From positions 186,001 to 250,000 of the forward strand of contig NW_027191459.1 of assembly GCF_011745625.1 (NCBI RefSeq): DNA of 64,000 nt, read 5' to 3'. The notes beneath the pieces were generated by a model, which saw nothing but the letters and a program-made list of their open reading frames with translations, ran no database searches and had not been told where the DNA came from. The DNA is from Cladosporium halotolerans (Eukaryota). Positions 11,187 through 21,295 of this stretch are shown piece after piece. A program made the position numbers and the translations under genes. The number at the start of each line of letters is the position of its first letter. Position 1 is the stretch's first letter.

Positions 11187-12427
11187 AGAAATGCCCTGAT
11201 GTAGAAGTTTACGATGACGGGGTTTTGGACCGGATTCCGAAGGTTTTTTCTTTTCTTTTCTGCTGGCGAGCGTGGGTGCTGCGGTTGGGCAGCATTTGCG
11301 AGCGGCATTGTGTTATTTCTCCCCTTCGTACGTACGAATTTTATGCCGATTACTTTGTGGAGGTATGAATCCTTTCGCGTCTTGGTTTGCAAGCTGCGTG
11401 ATTTGTCGGTCCTTGGACGGGTTGGGCACCGCTGTATGGGGTCCTCTGGTTGTCGTCCTTCGCGAGAAGAGAGGAGCGTTGCATGACAGTAAATGACATG
11501 ACTTGCTCTCTCGTTCGTATGTTTGATTTCCACGCCCCTCGAATGCGTGTGCGGAGGTCTGATATCAATGCAAATGTCAAAATTGAGGTGTCATGCAAGC
11601 CAGAGCAATGACGATTTTCTCCCTCGTCGCTTCCGAACGTCTGGAGCTCATGCTTGCGAATATGAAATAATCACGCGCTACAGATCGCACTGCAGCGCAT
11701 TAAAACTATATGGAAATTCACGAAAAGGATCATTGTATCCGTCATGGGCAGTACTTTGTCCTTCCATCAATCAAATCACGCGTTTCCGACCAACGCACCC
11801 TACCCCAACCCTAACCCTACTTACCCGCAGATGCAGGCTGGACGATGTCTAGACCGCCATTTGAGTGAGGAGCGGCAACGATGCAACTCAACGATAATTG
11901 TATGCGGTCGGGATGTACCCGAATCGGGTTTGTTGAACAAATTGAACGATGGCACCAACGGCACGTGCTGCAGAAGGGTGTAAGATTCGCCCGGGCGGCC
12001 TCTACCGTGGAGTTCCAGGGGATGGTAGGTTGGTATGCTACGGCATTCATCTGATCGATGGAGTAGAGCTCATGGCGAGGACACCAAATAGCGGTGAGCA
12101 GGGCGTGTGTGGTTACAACGATCACTGTTCCCTTTTCAAGGCACAGTCTCGGGGTTAAGACAGAGTGAGGGCTCTTCGCAAAGAGAGCATAAGGACATCA
12201 TGGGAGAAGAAGAGAGGGAGGATTTTCTGCAACGGCCCACAAAGTGCGGACATCATAATTGCGTAAATATATAATCGTATCAAGGGACAACCCTATTACT
12301 TAAGAACCGGACATGCCCGAAGAAGAAAGAAGATGGGCAGAGGCCACCAATCCCAATGGCCGTAAGATCTCTCTGCAAGTGCGGAAAGAGGCTGGTCGAG
12401 ACTGATCCAATCAAGCTGACTGCGCGC

Positions 12428-12800
12428 TTAGAGGGGGAGGGACAGGCAGTTGAGCTCGAGGTTGATGAGGTTGCCGGAGGCATCGCCGGTCTTGCAGCAC
12501 GCGGCGACGTTGGAGCCGCAGGCCTGCTGGATGGGGACGGCCACTGTGTTCGAGTGTCAGTAAAGGATTTATAAACTGTTGGAGGAATCGTGGGAACGTA
12601 CGGATGGGGACGTTCAGGCAGTTGGCGCCGATGAGGTCCTCGCCGCTGTTGCAGCAGGCGAGCTTCTGGCCGTTGCCGCAGGCAGCCTCCTGGGAGTCCT
12701 TGGAGGCGGAGATCTTGGTGTTGCCGTCAGAGGCGCCCTGGGGGGCGGCGTAGGCAAGGGCGGCCACGGAGGCGATGAGGAGAGTCTTGATGAAGGCCAT
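12428..12800 (-). CDS. Class I hydrophobin (Cladosporium HCh-1-like), 104 aa
   Basis: Signal peptide MAFIKTLLIASVAALAYA. Intron 12601-12544. The spliced protein has the 8-Cys pattern C-CC-C-C-CC-C (CGNGQKLACCNSGEDLIGANCLNVPILAVPIQQACGSNVAACCKTGDASGNLINLELNCLSLPL*). Confidence 0.95.
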
Positions 12801-12919
12801 TGTGTTGATTGGGTTGGTTGACTTAAAGTCGTAAAAGGGTTGTAGAAGCGAATGTGGTTGTTGGATTGATGTGTTGGATGAGGAGAAAAATCTGCCTTTG
12901 GGCGGTCGAGAAGGTCTTC

Positions 12920-12925
12920 TTTATA
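12920..12925 (-). promoter_or_regulatory. Candidate TATA box of the hydrophobin gene
   Basis: TATAAA on the minus strand, 120 nt upstream of the hydrophobin ATG. Confidence 0.55.
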
Positions 12926-15357
12926 CCATTCGAGTGCCTTGATGTTTGGGTAGTCGGTGTCCCACCGCTGTTTGGGCGGCTTGCTATAGCAGGGTGATAT
13001 AGGTGATGTATGGCGATCTCAATCCACATGCCGGCCTCCTTGTCTCTAGTTTATTTCACAACGGTGAAGGTCTTGGCTTGCATATTCACGGCCAGAGACA
13101 GAGTCTGAGGACCGTATGGCCTTGAAGGTCTCGGACGTGGCAGCGAAATGCGTACCCTGTTATCTTCGCATTATCTTCCTGCAATCACAGCTCTACCCGA
13201 TAGATTTTACATGTGGCTCACTCGGAGGCACTGCTGCCAGCCAGCTTCGGATCGCCACAAAAACCAGACTAGGACCTGAGTATCCAAGACATTGCCAGGA
13301 TGAGATCGAGCACGGCCAGTAGGAGGCAACGCGTTCGTGCACGGTGTGGAGAGTCGCTCCCTTGGACTACGTCCTAGTCAAATCAAGGGCAAGAGCGGTG
13401 CACGGTCGAGCCCCAAAGAGACTCATCGGAAAGCGGATACCACGTGGGTGTCCCTTTCGGGACCCCATAAGCCCACAGCTCGGTGGGCCGTACAACGCCT
13501 GACCAGCTGTGCTTTGTTGCGGCATCTGAAATGATCGACCTCATATGCCTGGGTCCAGTCCTCCGCCCTAAAACGGCAACAGCTACCTGTACGAAAACTC
13601 GGTCAGTAAACGAGAAATTCGGTGAGGCTCATGCTGCGTCACACGCTGTACTCAGGTATCAGTCGGACGGGCTGCAGACATGTCGGTCTGCAGGCAGGAT
13701 ACCACAACGACTTGGCTGCGTCCAGTCGGGTGTTGAGAGACACTGTGTGGAGCTTATTCTCCCCGCAAGAGACTCCACCAAAGGAACCGTTAAGGCGTCG
13801 ATCCGAAAGTCTCTGAGATCTTCCCGTTTCTCCCAGGGGGATTTGGTGCATCTTTGGCCCCCGGAAGCCCATCGGCTCCCCTGATGCTGGCCTATATCGC
13901 TCACATTTTATAGCTATGATCCGCCGAGCTAAATTCGCACCTACAGCCAGGCGGGAACATGCGGGGACTACGTCGAACACCGAGATTTGTTAGGCTGCAG
14001 GCATCTCACCGTCTCGACGGAAACAAGATGAGAAATGTTCACCGGCGTGTGAAAGCGTCCTTGGAGCCCATCCGAGCATCACTAGCTCCAGATTCGCGGC
14101 GGGTTGTGATTGTAAGCATGTGATACATATCACGCCGCGGAGAAACATTGCCGGTTAGGCCGAGACCCTTCGAAACTGTTGAAGGATACCATGATGAAAA
14201 ATGTCTTTGTTGCACAAATTCACCACAGAGTTGTTTGTTTTGCGTCCTATTCGCAAATCCCATATCCTCTTTTCTGTCATTCACGAAGTAACGTCCAAGC
14301 GAAGAGTAAGGTGCATCGAGAGGGAATGAAGAATAAAGAAGAGGCTGGTGCAAGCGGGGCTCAGGATATGCGAGAAGAAGCGCTGACTCTGTGGTTACCA
14401 TACGAGCTTTGAAGTCCTCAGAGCAATTGAAACGTTCATGGGAAAACTCGGCCGACTGCTGAAAGTCGCATGCGGCACCCTTGGAGAGGTTTGCAGCGAC
14501 TGGCGTTCCTCAAACCCAAGATTCTCGCCGCAAGCCTAATAGAGCGCTTCTCGCAATGTCCACCGGGAGAGTTTCGAGTAATCATTCGGCCTTGCGAGCG
14601 AGACTAGATCATAACCATGGTAGGTTTCCTCGTCTATGCAACCACAGGAAGTCGATACTTGAGAGACAAATGGAAGTCGGGTAAGCCTACACCGGCTGCT
14701 TCCTGCTCCGAGACTCGACAAGAGCGCAATGCTATTTCAGCACGGACGAAGGGTTCTGAGTCCGAGAAAAGCCTCGCTGTCATTGCAGCGGCACTTTCGT
14801 CATTGCTGGTAGAGAAGAGTCGTCAATGGAGAGGGACGTCTGAACAACGGCACTGGGCAGTTCGTCGTTGCCGACAATCCTAGTCCCATGCCCGAAAGAC
14901 TTCAGCGAAGGGCTGCCATTCCACTGCTACGCTGTAGCCTGTTGAAGAAGGCTTTGCGAAAAGATGCCAGAATTTCATGCTCTTGAGTTCTAACTCATCT
15001 GATGATGGGTATAGACATTCTTTGACTGATTGAGAGGCCTGTCGAGGATGCGTCCTCTTCCTCAATACTGGAATCAAGATAGCAGTGTTAGAAAATAGCA
15101 AAGGCCCGAAAGACAGGCAGGTTGTGAGATGATAGAAATCGAAGGTGCAGTGACATGAGGGAAGTGTAGTTGTTCACAGTCGACCCCTTTGCTGAGGTGG
15201 GGCGCCAAAGATCCGCTGCCGCCGGGCGGCCCTCTCCGTCGAAAAAGCCCCGCATGCGCGTCATTTTCAAGATGCCTCACTTTGCGCCAGAATTCGTGAT
15301 ATCACTGAGTTCGATACATACATTTACTCCTAATAGGAATATATCACATTCGCAAAT

Positions 15358-16119
15358 ATGTCTGTCCAAACGCCTAACGGACCAATCAACGCCGAGAATG
15401 CGGACAACTTCGAGGATATCGAGAAGCAGTTCGCTGTGAAGGGTGAGTGCTTCGGCCGCCAGCCTTTCTTCGCATGAGTCGCACTCACATTTTATGTGTA
15501 GTCGTCCAGCACATGACCACATACTGGTCGATCCTCGAGAAGATGCCTGGCTCTAAGCTGCGCCTGACCAAGATTGACGACGATATTCACGAGCACTTCC
15601 TCAAGGAGTTCCCCGACTATGACCTCAAGGCCACGATCAACGAGGACGAGATGAAGAGCAAGCAGGGCAAGGAGAGGTGGCGCAACTTTATCAACACTTA
15701 CGAAGGCAAGGTTGACGACTACAACTTCGGCACAATGCTGCGTGCCAACCCTGCGTGGGAGTACGGAGAGAAGGAGACCATTTTCGGTAAGAACATCAAC
15801 CGGGATGCATATTTTTCGATACCTTCTGTGATAGGGCATTCGTTCTACGTTGGAGCGAACACCGGTTGCTCACACGCGATTGAGGTTCCCTACATCGTTG
15901 ATTGCAGGCCACATCCGTCCTTCAAGTTCCCTGCAACGATTGATTAAGCTAACGCTGCCTCTAGCTGTTCGCATGCAGTTTTACGCCATCGAGATCGCCA
16001 GGTTTGTTATTCGATGTAGATCTAGCCTTCTTTCGGACCGCTTGCTCATTGTTGATAGGAACCGCGCTGGCCTCAACGACTGGATCCACGAGAAGGCGAA
16101 GAAGGAGGGCTCATCTTAA
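15358..16119 (+). CDS. PBDC1: PBDC1 / yeast YPL225W-like protein (Polysacc_synt_4 family)
   Basis: NAENADNFEDIEKQFAVK, LRLTKIDDDI, MKSKQGKERWRNF, DYNFGTMLR, TIFAVRMQFYAIEIARNRAGLND. Introns 15443-15501, 15787-15964 and 16002-16058. Confidence 0.92.
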
Positions 16120-16643
16120 GCATCCAAAGCAGGACGATAGACAACTTTACGACAGTAACGCGACAACCTTGTCAAGTAAAGCTCCCAAAAGCTTCTGCAG
16201 AGAGATCAGCTCTCGGGATCTCACTCAGATCTCAAGCCACATACCCATTGCCTCGCACAACAGAAGCGAAAAGAGGCCGGTTGCTGCAGAGCCGGATCGA
16301 CCCGACGATCAATTTGACAGTGTCGCGGGTGACAATTGTTGTATGAGGACACATATGCAGCGTGAAGGAATGCGAAGTTAAGTTTACGAGCAATTATTTC
16401 CTGTGATGTCAAATGTTGAAATATGTACGTGGCTCATCAGGTCGAGAACAATACTAACCCGGCATTGCCCCTTCTGTGTTACCGCTTCGGCTTTGCCGCA
16501 AACAGCAACGTCAGTTCCAAGTCGCAACGCGAGCCACGCTTTTGTGTAACTACCGCATCTTCGTACGCTATCATTACTTGATGATTTCAGGTACCTTCTT
16601 CTTCTCGACCGCGTGAGCGCATGGCATCCACCACGTTTGCCTC

Positions 16644-19600
16644 ATGCCACCAGCCTTGAAACCCAAGACCCGGCGGACTGAGCGGCCCACCTCTGGAAAC
16701 AGCAACGCAAGCTCCGCGAAGATATACAGAACTACGACAAATTTCACGGTTTCGGACGATGCTCAGAAGGCACCATGGCGCGCCCTTTTCTTCTTCACGA
16801 CGAAGTCAAATATACCCACACTCACCGTCGGCATCATTTTCTCCTTGATTGCGGGAGCATCGCCCCCAATAAATGCTTGGATTCAGGGCAAAGTCTTCGA
16901 GAGTTTCTCGCTGCTCGGAGCAGGGCAGCTTTCTGGAGAGCAATTGTACAACGATGACAGAAAATATGTGCTTTACTTCGTAGCATTGGCCGGAGCCACA
17001 TGGATTACCAACTCGGGGGAGTTTGCGGCATGGATGTCGTTTGGAGAGTTGCAAGCAAAAAGCGCAAGAGACAGACTATTCCATAGCCTGTTGGAGAAAG
17101 ACATAGAGTGGTACGACATGCGCAAGAACGGCATCGGCGCTTTGCTCCCTCGCCTACAAGCCCAGATCAGAGAGCTTCAACTTGCCACTTCTCAGCCTCT
17201 TGGCGGGATGTTCTCATTAACGTCGACGTTTGTGCTGTCGATGGTTCAAGCCTTCTATTTCTCATGGGACCTCACGCTAGTCACAATCTCCAGCGTCCCC
17301 CTGATCATGGGTCTGGTAATCTGGATCGGACGACCTATGCAAACTGCGTTGACCAACCAGCAAGGAAAGCTCAGCGACGCTCAGAAATATCTAGTCAGCG
17401 CTTTCTCGGCAATCGAGACCGTGAAATGTTTCAACGGCCAAGAGATCGAACTTGGAAAGTACATCAGGAAGGTCAAGGAGGCGGCTTTGTGGTACTACCG
17501 AGTCGCAAACGTCCATGCCATGCAGATGGGCTTCCTAGGTTTTCTGGCCTCAACGATCTTCGTCCAAGGTTTCTTCTACGGCGGCGTCCTCATTGATAAA
17601 CAAAAGAAGACAACTGCAGACGTCATGACATGCTTTCTCTCCGCTATTGCGGCTTTCCAGGCCGTTCAAGGCATCCTACCTCAGATCATCGTTCTGGAGA
17701 AGGGGCGGACTGCAGGCTTGACATTGCGCACAGTCATGGCTGAGGTTGAACACGAGGGCGCACTAAAAAAAGCCGAAGATCTTGTTCGCCCTGAGACTTG
17801 CAAAGGGGACATTGATGTGAGGAACGTCTCTTTCGCCTACCCGACTCGGCCCGACCAACTGGCTCTGGACGATGTGACAATGAGGATACCGTCTGGAGAG
17901 ATCACGTTCCTCATTGGGAAGAGTGGTTCTGGCAAAAGCACTCTTAGTCAATTGCTCATGCGCTTCTACTCGACGTCTGTGGGATCCATCGCTGTTGACG
18001 GCGTGCCGCTTGAGTCATTAGACGTTGGCTGGGTGAGGAGCAACTTCACCTTAGTCGAGCAGACGAGCTTGCTGTTCAACGACACAATCTTCCGAAACAT
18101 TGCGTTTGGTCGACACGAATCCGAAATGGTCACCAAGGCTGAGGTCATGGAAGCAGTTGAGTTCGCGTTGCTGCAGCTGATGATCACGGATCTTCCAGAC
18201 GGCCTTGATACAATCGTTGGCTACAAAGGCGGCACCATGTCAGGTGGTCAACGGCAGAGGATGGCTTTGGCAAGAGCACGGCTACGCGATACTCCGATTT
18301 TAATGCTGGATGAGTCTACCAGTGCTCTTGACCACATCAGCAGAGCACTTATGATGGATGCCATTCGTCAATGGAGGCAGGGCAAAACTACGATTATCAT
18401 CACCCACGATATCTCCCAAATCTTGGCAGATGACTACGTGTTCGTGCTGGAGCAGGGGCAGCTTGTACAGGAAGGCTTCAGGAAGCACATGGAACGACTC
18501 AAAGACACACCTTTCCAGGCATTCCTACGACCGGAAGACCGCGCGACCGACTCACTGTACGATTCGAGGAAGAATACCACCTTTGAGTCAGTCTACACGC
18601 GTGGCTCCTCTATTGACTATATCTCGATATTCTCGGAAGAGATGAGCCCAACGCCCGATCCTCTCGAAGAGCGGCTTACTGCGGTTGAGAACAAGAGAAC
18701 ATCCATGATGCCCCAGGTCTTCGCCGAAGGTGGACCTGTACCCGGCATGCGCGCAGCAGGCACAACTGGGCCAACATCTGCTTTCGCGTCACCATTCCTA
18801 CGTCTGGCAATAACTCCGCCTACTTTGCCAGCTATCATCACTGAATGGGAGCCCCACTCGCCTGATGGCAAACAAAATTCACAACTAAATTCGCCAGTGA
18901 GTGAACGGCAGTCGACGATGCTGCGAATGTCCGTTATGCTCGAGAACTTGGTCGACAGAACAGGAAGACAAGCTGCAGAGGCACGGGCAGCCCATGGGGA
19001 TGTGCGGCCACGGCGGCGAAGACCGGTTCATGACGACGTTTCATCTACTGCGACAGGATCAAAGCCCAAACGGGCTGATGATGACCAAGAAGAGGAACAA
19101 GCCGACGATGTCAGGCAGCAATCTTTCAAAGAGATTTTGTCGACCGTATGGCCGAATCTCAATTGGACTGAACGGTGTGTCACGATCGCTGGATTTTGGG
19201 GAGCCGGGATTCACGCCGCTTCGACGCCTGTATTTGCCTACGTCTTCTCAAAACTGCTTGCGGCTTACTCGATCAAGGAAGGTCGCATTCGTCAGACTTT
19301 GATCTACTCCATGGCGATGCTTGGTGTTGCAGCCGTTGACGGTGTACATACATATCTATTCCGCTACCTTCTGGAATACGCTGGTCAATGCTGGGTGGAC
19401 AAAATCAGAGAGAAAGCAATGATTCGGGTACTGGATCAGCCACGCGCTTTCTTCGACAAGGAGATCAATTCAGTATCGCGCTTGACCGAAGGCCTCGACC
19501 GAAACGCGGAAGAGATGAAGAACATACTGGGCCGCTTCGTTGGCATGATCTTCTCAGCAGCGCTCATGTCACTCGTGGCTGTTATCTGGGCTATCGTTGG

Positions 19601-21026
19601 ACAGTGGAAGTTCGCTCTCATATGCCTTTCCGCGGGACCCTATGTGTTCCTCGTCACTAACGCCTTCGCCGTCGTCAGTGGAAGATGGGAGACCATAAGC
19701 ACCGATGCTGCGGAATCTGCAAGCTCCATCATGAACGAGACTTTTACGAACATTAGAACAGTCCTGGCTCTGACCCTGGAAGACCATTTCTTGCAGAAGT
19801 ACACCGTCGCCACGAATTACGCGCTAAAGGTCGGCTTCATACGTGCATTGCTTTCCGGCTTCTTCTACGGTCTGTCCGACTCCGCCGGCGTCTTTAGCAC
19901 TGCACTCATCTTTTATGTCGGGACAGTACTTGCGCGCGAAAGTGGTCCCTCAGCAGTCCCAGGCTTGCTCCAAGTCTGCGCACTACTAGTTTTTACGATC
20001 ACAAACGTCAGCGCCCTGTTGTCATACGTACCGCAAATCGGACAAGCAAAAGACACCGCATCTCGACTACTACGTCTCGCCCAGCTTCCCGAAGACTCGC
20101 ACGAGCATCTTGGCGACACCAAAGTAACCAGCATCGGAGACATAATGTTCAACAACCTCGACTTCTCCTACCCCTCGCGCCCAGAAGTCACCACCCTCAA
20201 AAACATCAACCTCCTCATCAAACCCGGCACCTCAACCGCCATCGTCGGCGGCTCCGGCTCCGGCAAATCCACCATCGCCAACCTCCTCCTCAACCTCTAC
20301 ACCACGACCCCCAAAGACCCCTGGTCGCCCTCCGCCCTCGGCGACCTCACTCTCGCCGGCCGCGACATCAAAAACGTCGACACACCCTCCCTGCGCTCCC
20401 TCATCGTCGCCGTCCCGCAATCACCCACCATCTTCGCCGCCACTGCCGCCGAAAACATCGCCTACGGCCTCCCCCCGGACTCCCCCAACAACCACCCCTC
20501 CCAGATCGCCGCCGCCGCCCGCGCAGCCGGCATCCACACTTTCCTCGCCAGCCTGCCCTCGGGCTACGCGACGCTGCTCGGCGACGGCGGCCTGGGGCTG
20601 TCGGGCGGACAGGCGCAGCGCGTGGCTATCGCGCGCGCGCTCGTGCGCAAGCCGTCAGTTCTCATCCTGGACGAGGCCACTTCGGCGCTAGACGTCGAGT
20701 CCGCGGGCCTCGTGCGCGACACGCTCAAAAGCCTGCTGGCGGACCGCGGGCGCGAGATGACGGTGCTGATCATCACGCACAACCGCGAGCAGATGGAAGT
20801 CGCGGAGCGGATCGTGGTGCTGGACCAGGGGCGGGTGGTGGAGGAGGGGGAGTTTGAGGAGCTGATGGAGGCGAATGGGGCGTTGGTGAATTTGCTAAGT
20901 GGTGGCGAGTGGGATGGGGGCGTGGGAGGGAGGAGTGCGAGGGCGCGGGAGAGGGAGAGGGATGGATTGAGGTTGAGGGAGGTGCAGTGGAGGGAGGGGA
21001 GGGGCAGGAATCGGTTGAGGCTGTAG
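16644..21026 (+). CDS. STE6: Full-length ABC-B transporter (TMD-NBD)x2, Ste6-like a-factor pheromone exporter
   Basis: Intronless 1460-aa ORF. Walker A GKSGSGKS and GGSGSGKS; signatures MSGGQRQR and LSGGQAQR; Walker B LDESTSALD and LDEATSALD; long linker between the halves. ABC-B membership is certain; Ste6 orthology is inferred. Confidence 0.8.
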   Translation: MPPALKPKTRRTERPTSGNSNASSAKIYRTTTNFTVSDDAQKAPWRALFFFTTKSNIPTLTVGIIFSLIAGASPPINAWIQGKVFESFSLLGAGQLSGEQLYNDDRKYVLYFVALAGATWITNSGEFAAWMSFGELQAKSARDRLFHSLLEKDIEWYDMRKNGIGALLPRLQAQIRELQLATSQPLGGMFSLTSTFVLSMVQAFYFSWDLTLVTISSVPLIMGLVIWIGRPMQTALTNQQGKLSDAQKYLVSAFSAIETVKCFNGQEIELGKYIRKVKEAALWYYRVANVHAMQMGFLGFLASTIFVQGFFYGGVLIDKQKKTTADVMTCFLSAIAAFQAVQGILPQIIVLEKGRTAGLTLRTVMAEVEHEGALKKAEDLVRPETCKGDIDVRNVSFAYPTRPDQLALDDVTMRIPSGEITFLIGKSGSGKSTLSQLLMRFYSTSVGSIAVDGVPLESLDVGWVRSNFTLVEQTSLLFNDTIFRNIAFGRHESEMVTKAEVMEAVEFALLQLMITDLPDGLDTIVGYKGGTMSGGQRQRMALARARLRDTPILMLDESTSALDHISRALMMDAIRQWRQGKTTIIITHDISQILADDYVFVLEQGQLVQEGFRKHMERLKDTPFQAFLRPEDRATDSLYDSRKNTTFESVYTRGSSIDYISIFSEEMSPTPDPLEERLTAVENKRTSMMPQVFAEGGPVPGMRAAGTTGPTSAFASPFLRLAITPPTLPAIITEWEPHSPDGKQNSQLNSPVSERQSTMLRMSVMLENLVDRTGRQAAEARAAHGDVRPRRRRPVHDDVSSTATGSKPKRADDDQEEEQADDVRQQSFKEILSTVWPNLNWTERCVTIAGFWGAGIHAASTPVFAYVFSKLLAAYSIKEGRIRQTLIYSMAMLGVAAVDGVHTYLFRYLLEYAGQCWVDKIREKAMIRVLDQPRAFFDKEINSVSRLTEGLDRNAEEMKNILGRFVGMIFSAALMSLVAVIWAIVGQWKFALICLSAGPYVFLVTNAFAVVSGRWETISTDAAESASSIMNETFTNIRTVLALTLEDHFLQKYTVATNYALKVGFIRALLSGFFYGLSDSAGVFSTALIFYVGTVLARESGPSAVPGLLQVCALLVFTITNVSALLSYVPQIGQAKDTASRLLRLAQLPEDSHEHLGDTKVTSIGDIMFNNLDFSYPSRPEVTTLKNINLLIKPGTSTAIVGGSGSGKSTIANLLLNLYTTTPKDPWSPSALGDLTLAGRDIKNVDTPSLRSLIVAVPQSPTIFAATAAENIAYGLPPDSPNNHPSQIAAAARAAGIHTFLASLPSGYATLLGDGGLGLSGGQAQRVAIARALVRKPSVLILDEATSALDVESAGLVRDTLKSLLADRGREMTVLIITHNREQMEVAERIVVLDQGRVVEEGEFEELMEANGALVNLLSGGEWDGGVGGRSARARERERDGLRLREVQWREGRGRNRLRL

Positions 21027-21295
21027 GGGTTGTGGGTAGATGGTGAAGTTTGAGGAATTGCTGCTTTTCGAATTGGAGCGGCGGTGATGAAGACGTGAGT
21101 CGCGGTGTCATTTCGAGTAGGGGATGCGTGTGAGAGGAGATAATGGTGAGTATCAGGAATGGAAATTGAATTATTTGTCTTATTAATGGCGAAACTATAT
21201 CGCTAGTCGGCAGATTGTGAGAAAGTGCCGGGTATCTTTCCATAAACCCATTTCAAGAATTCCGCTATCCCAAACGCCATGAACCCGCAAAAGTA

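Noticed and set aside
11797..11820. Telomere-like CCCTAA tract
   Set aside because: Only one perfect unit among degenerate ones; too short to be an interstitial telomere.
13030..15300. Many short ORFs (60-133 aa) in the hydrophobin-PBDC1 gap
   Set aside because: No codon bias, domain motif or consistent splice model.
15787..15964. Calling the PBDC1 intron a snoRNA, TPP riboswitch or HDV-like ribozyme
   Set aside because: It lacks proper C/D boxes, H/ACA boxes, the TPP CUGAGA core and the HDV P3/L3/P1.1 and J4/2 features; kept only as an unclassified structured-RNA candidate.
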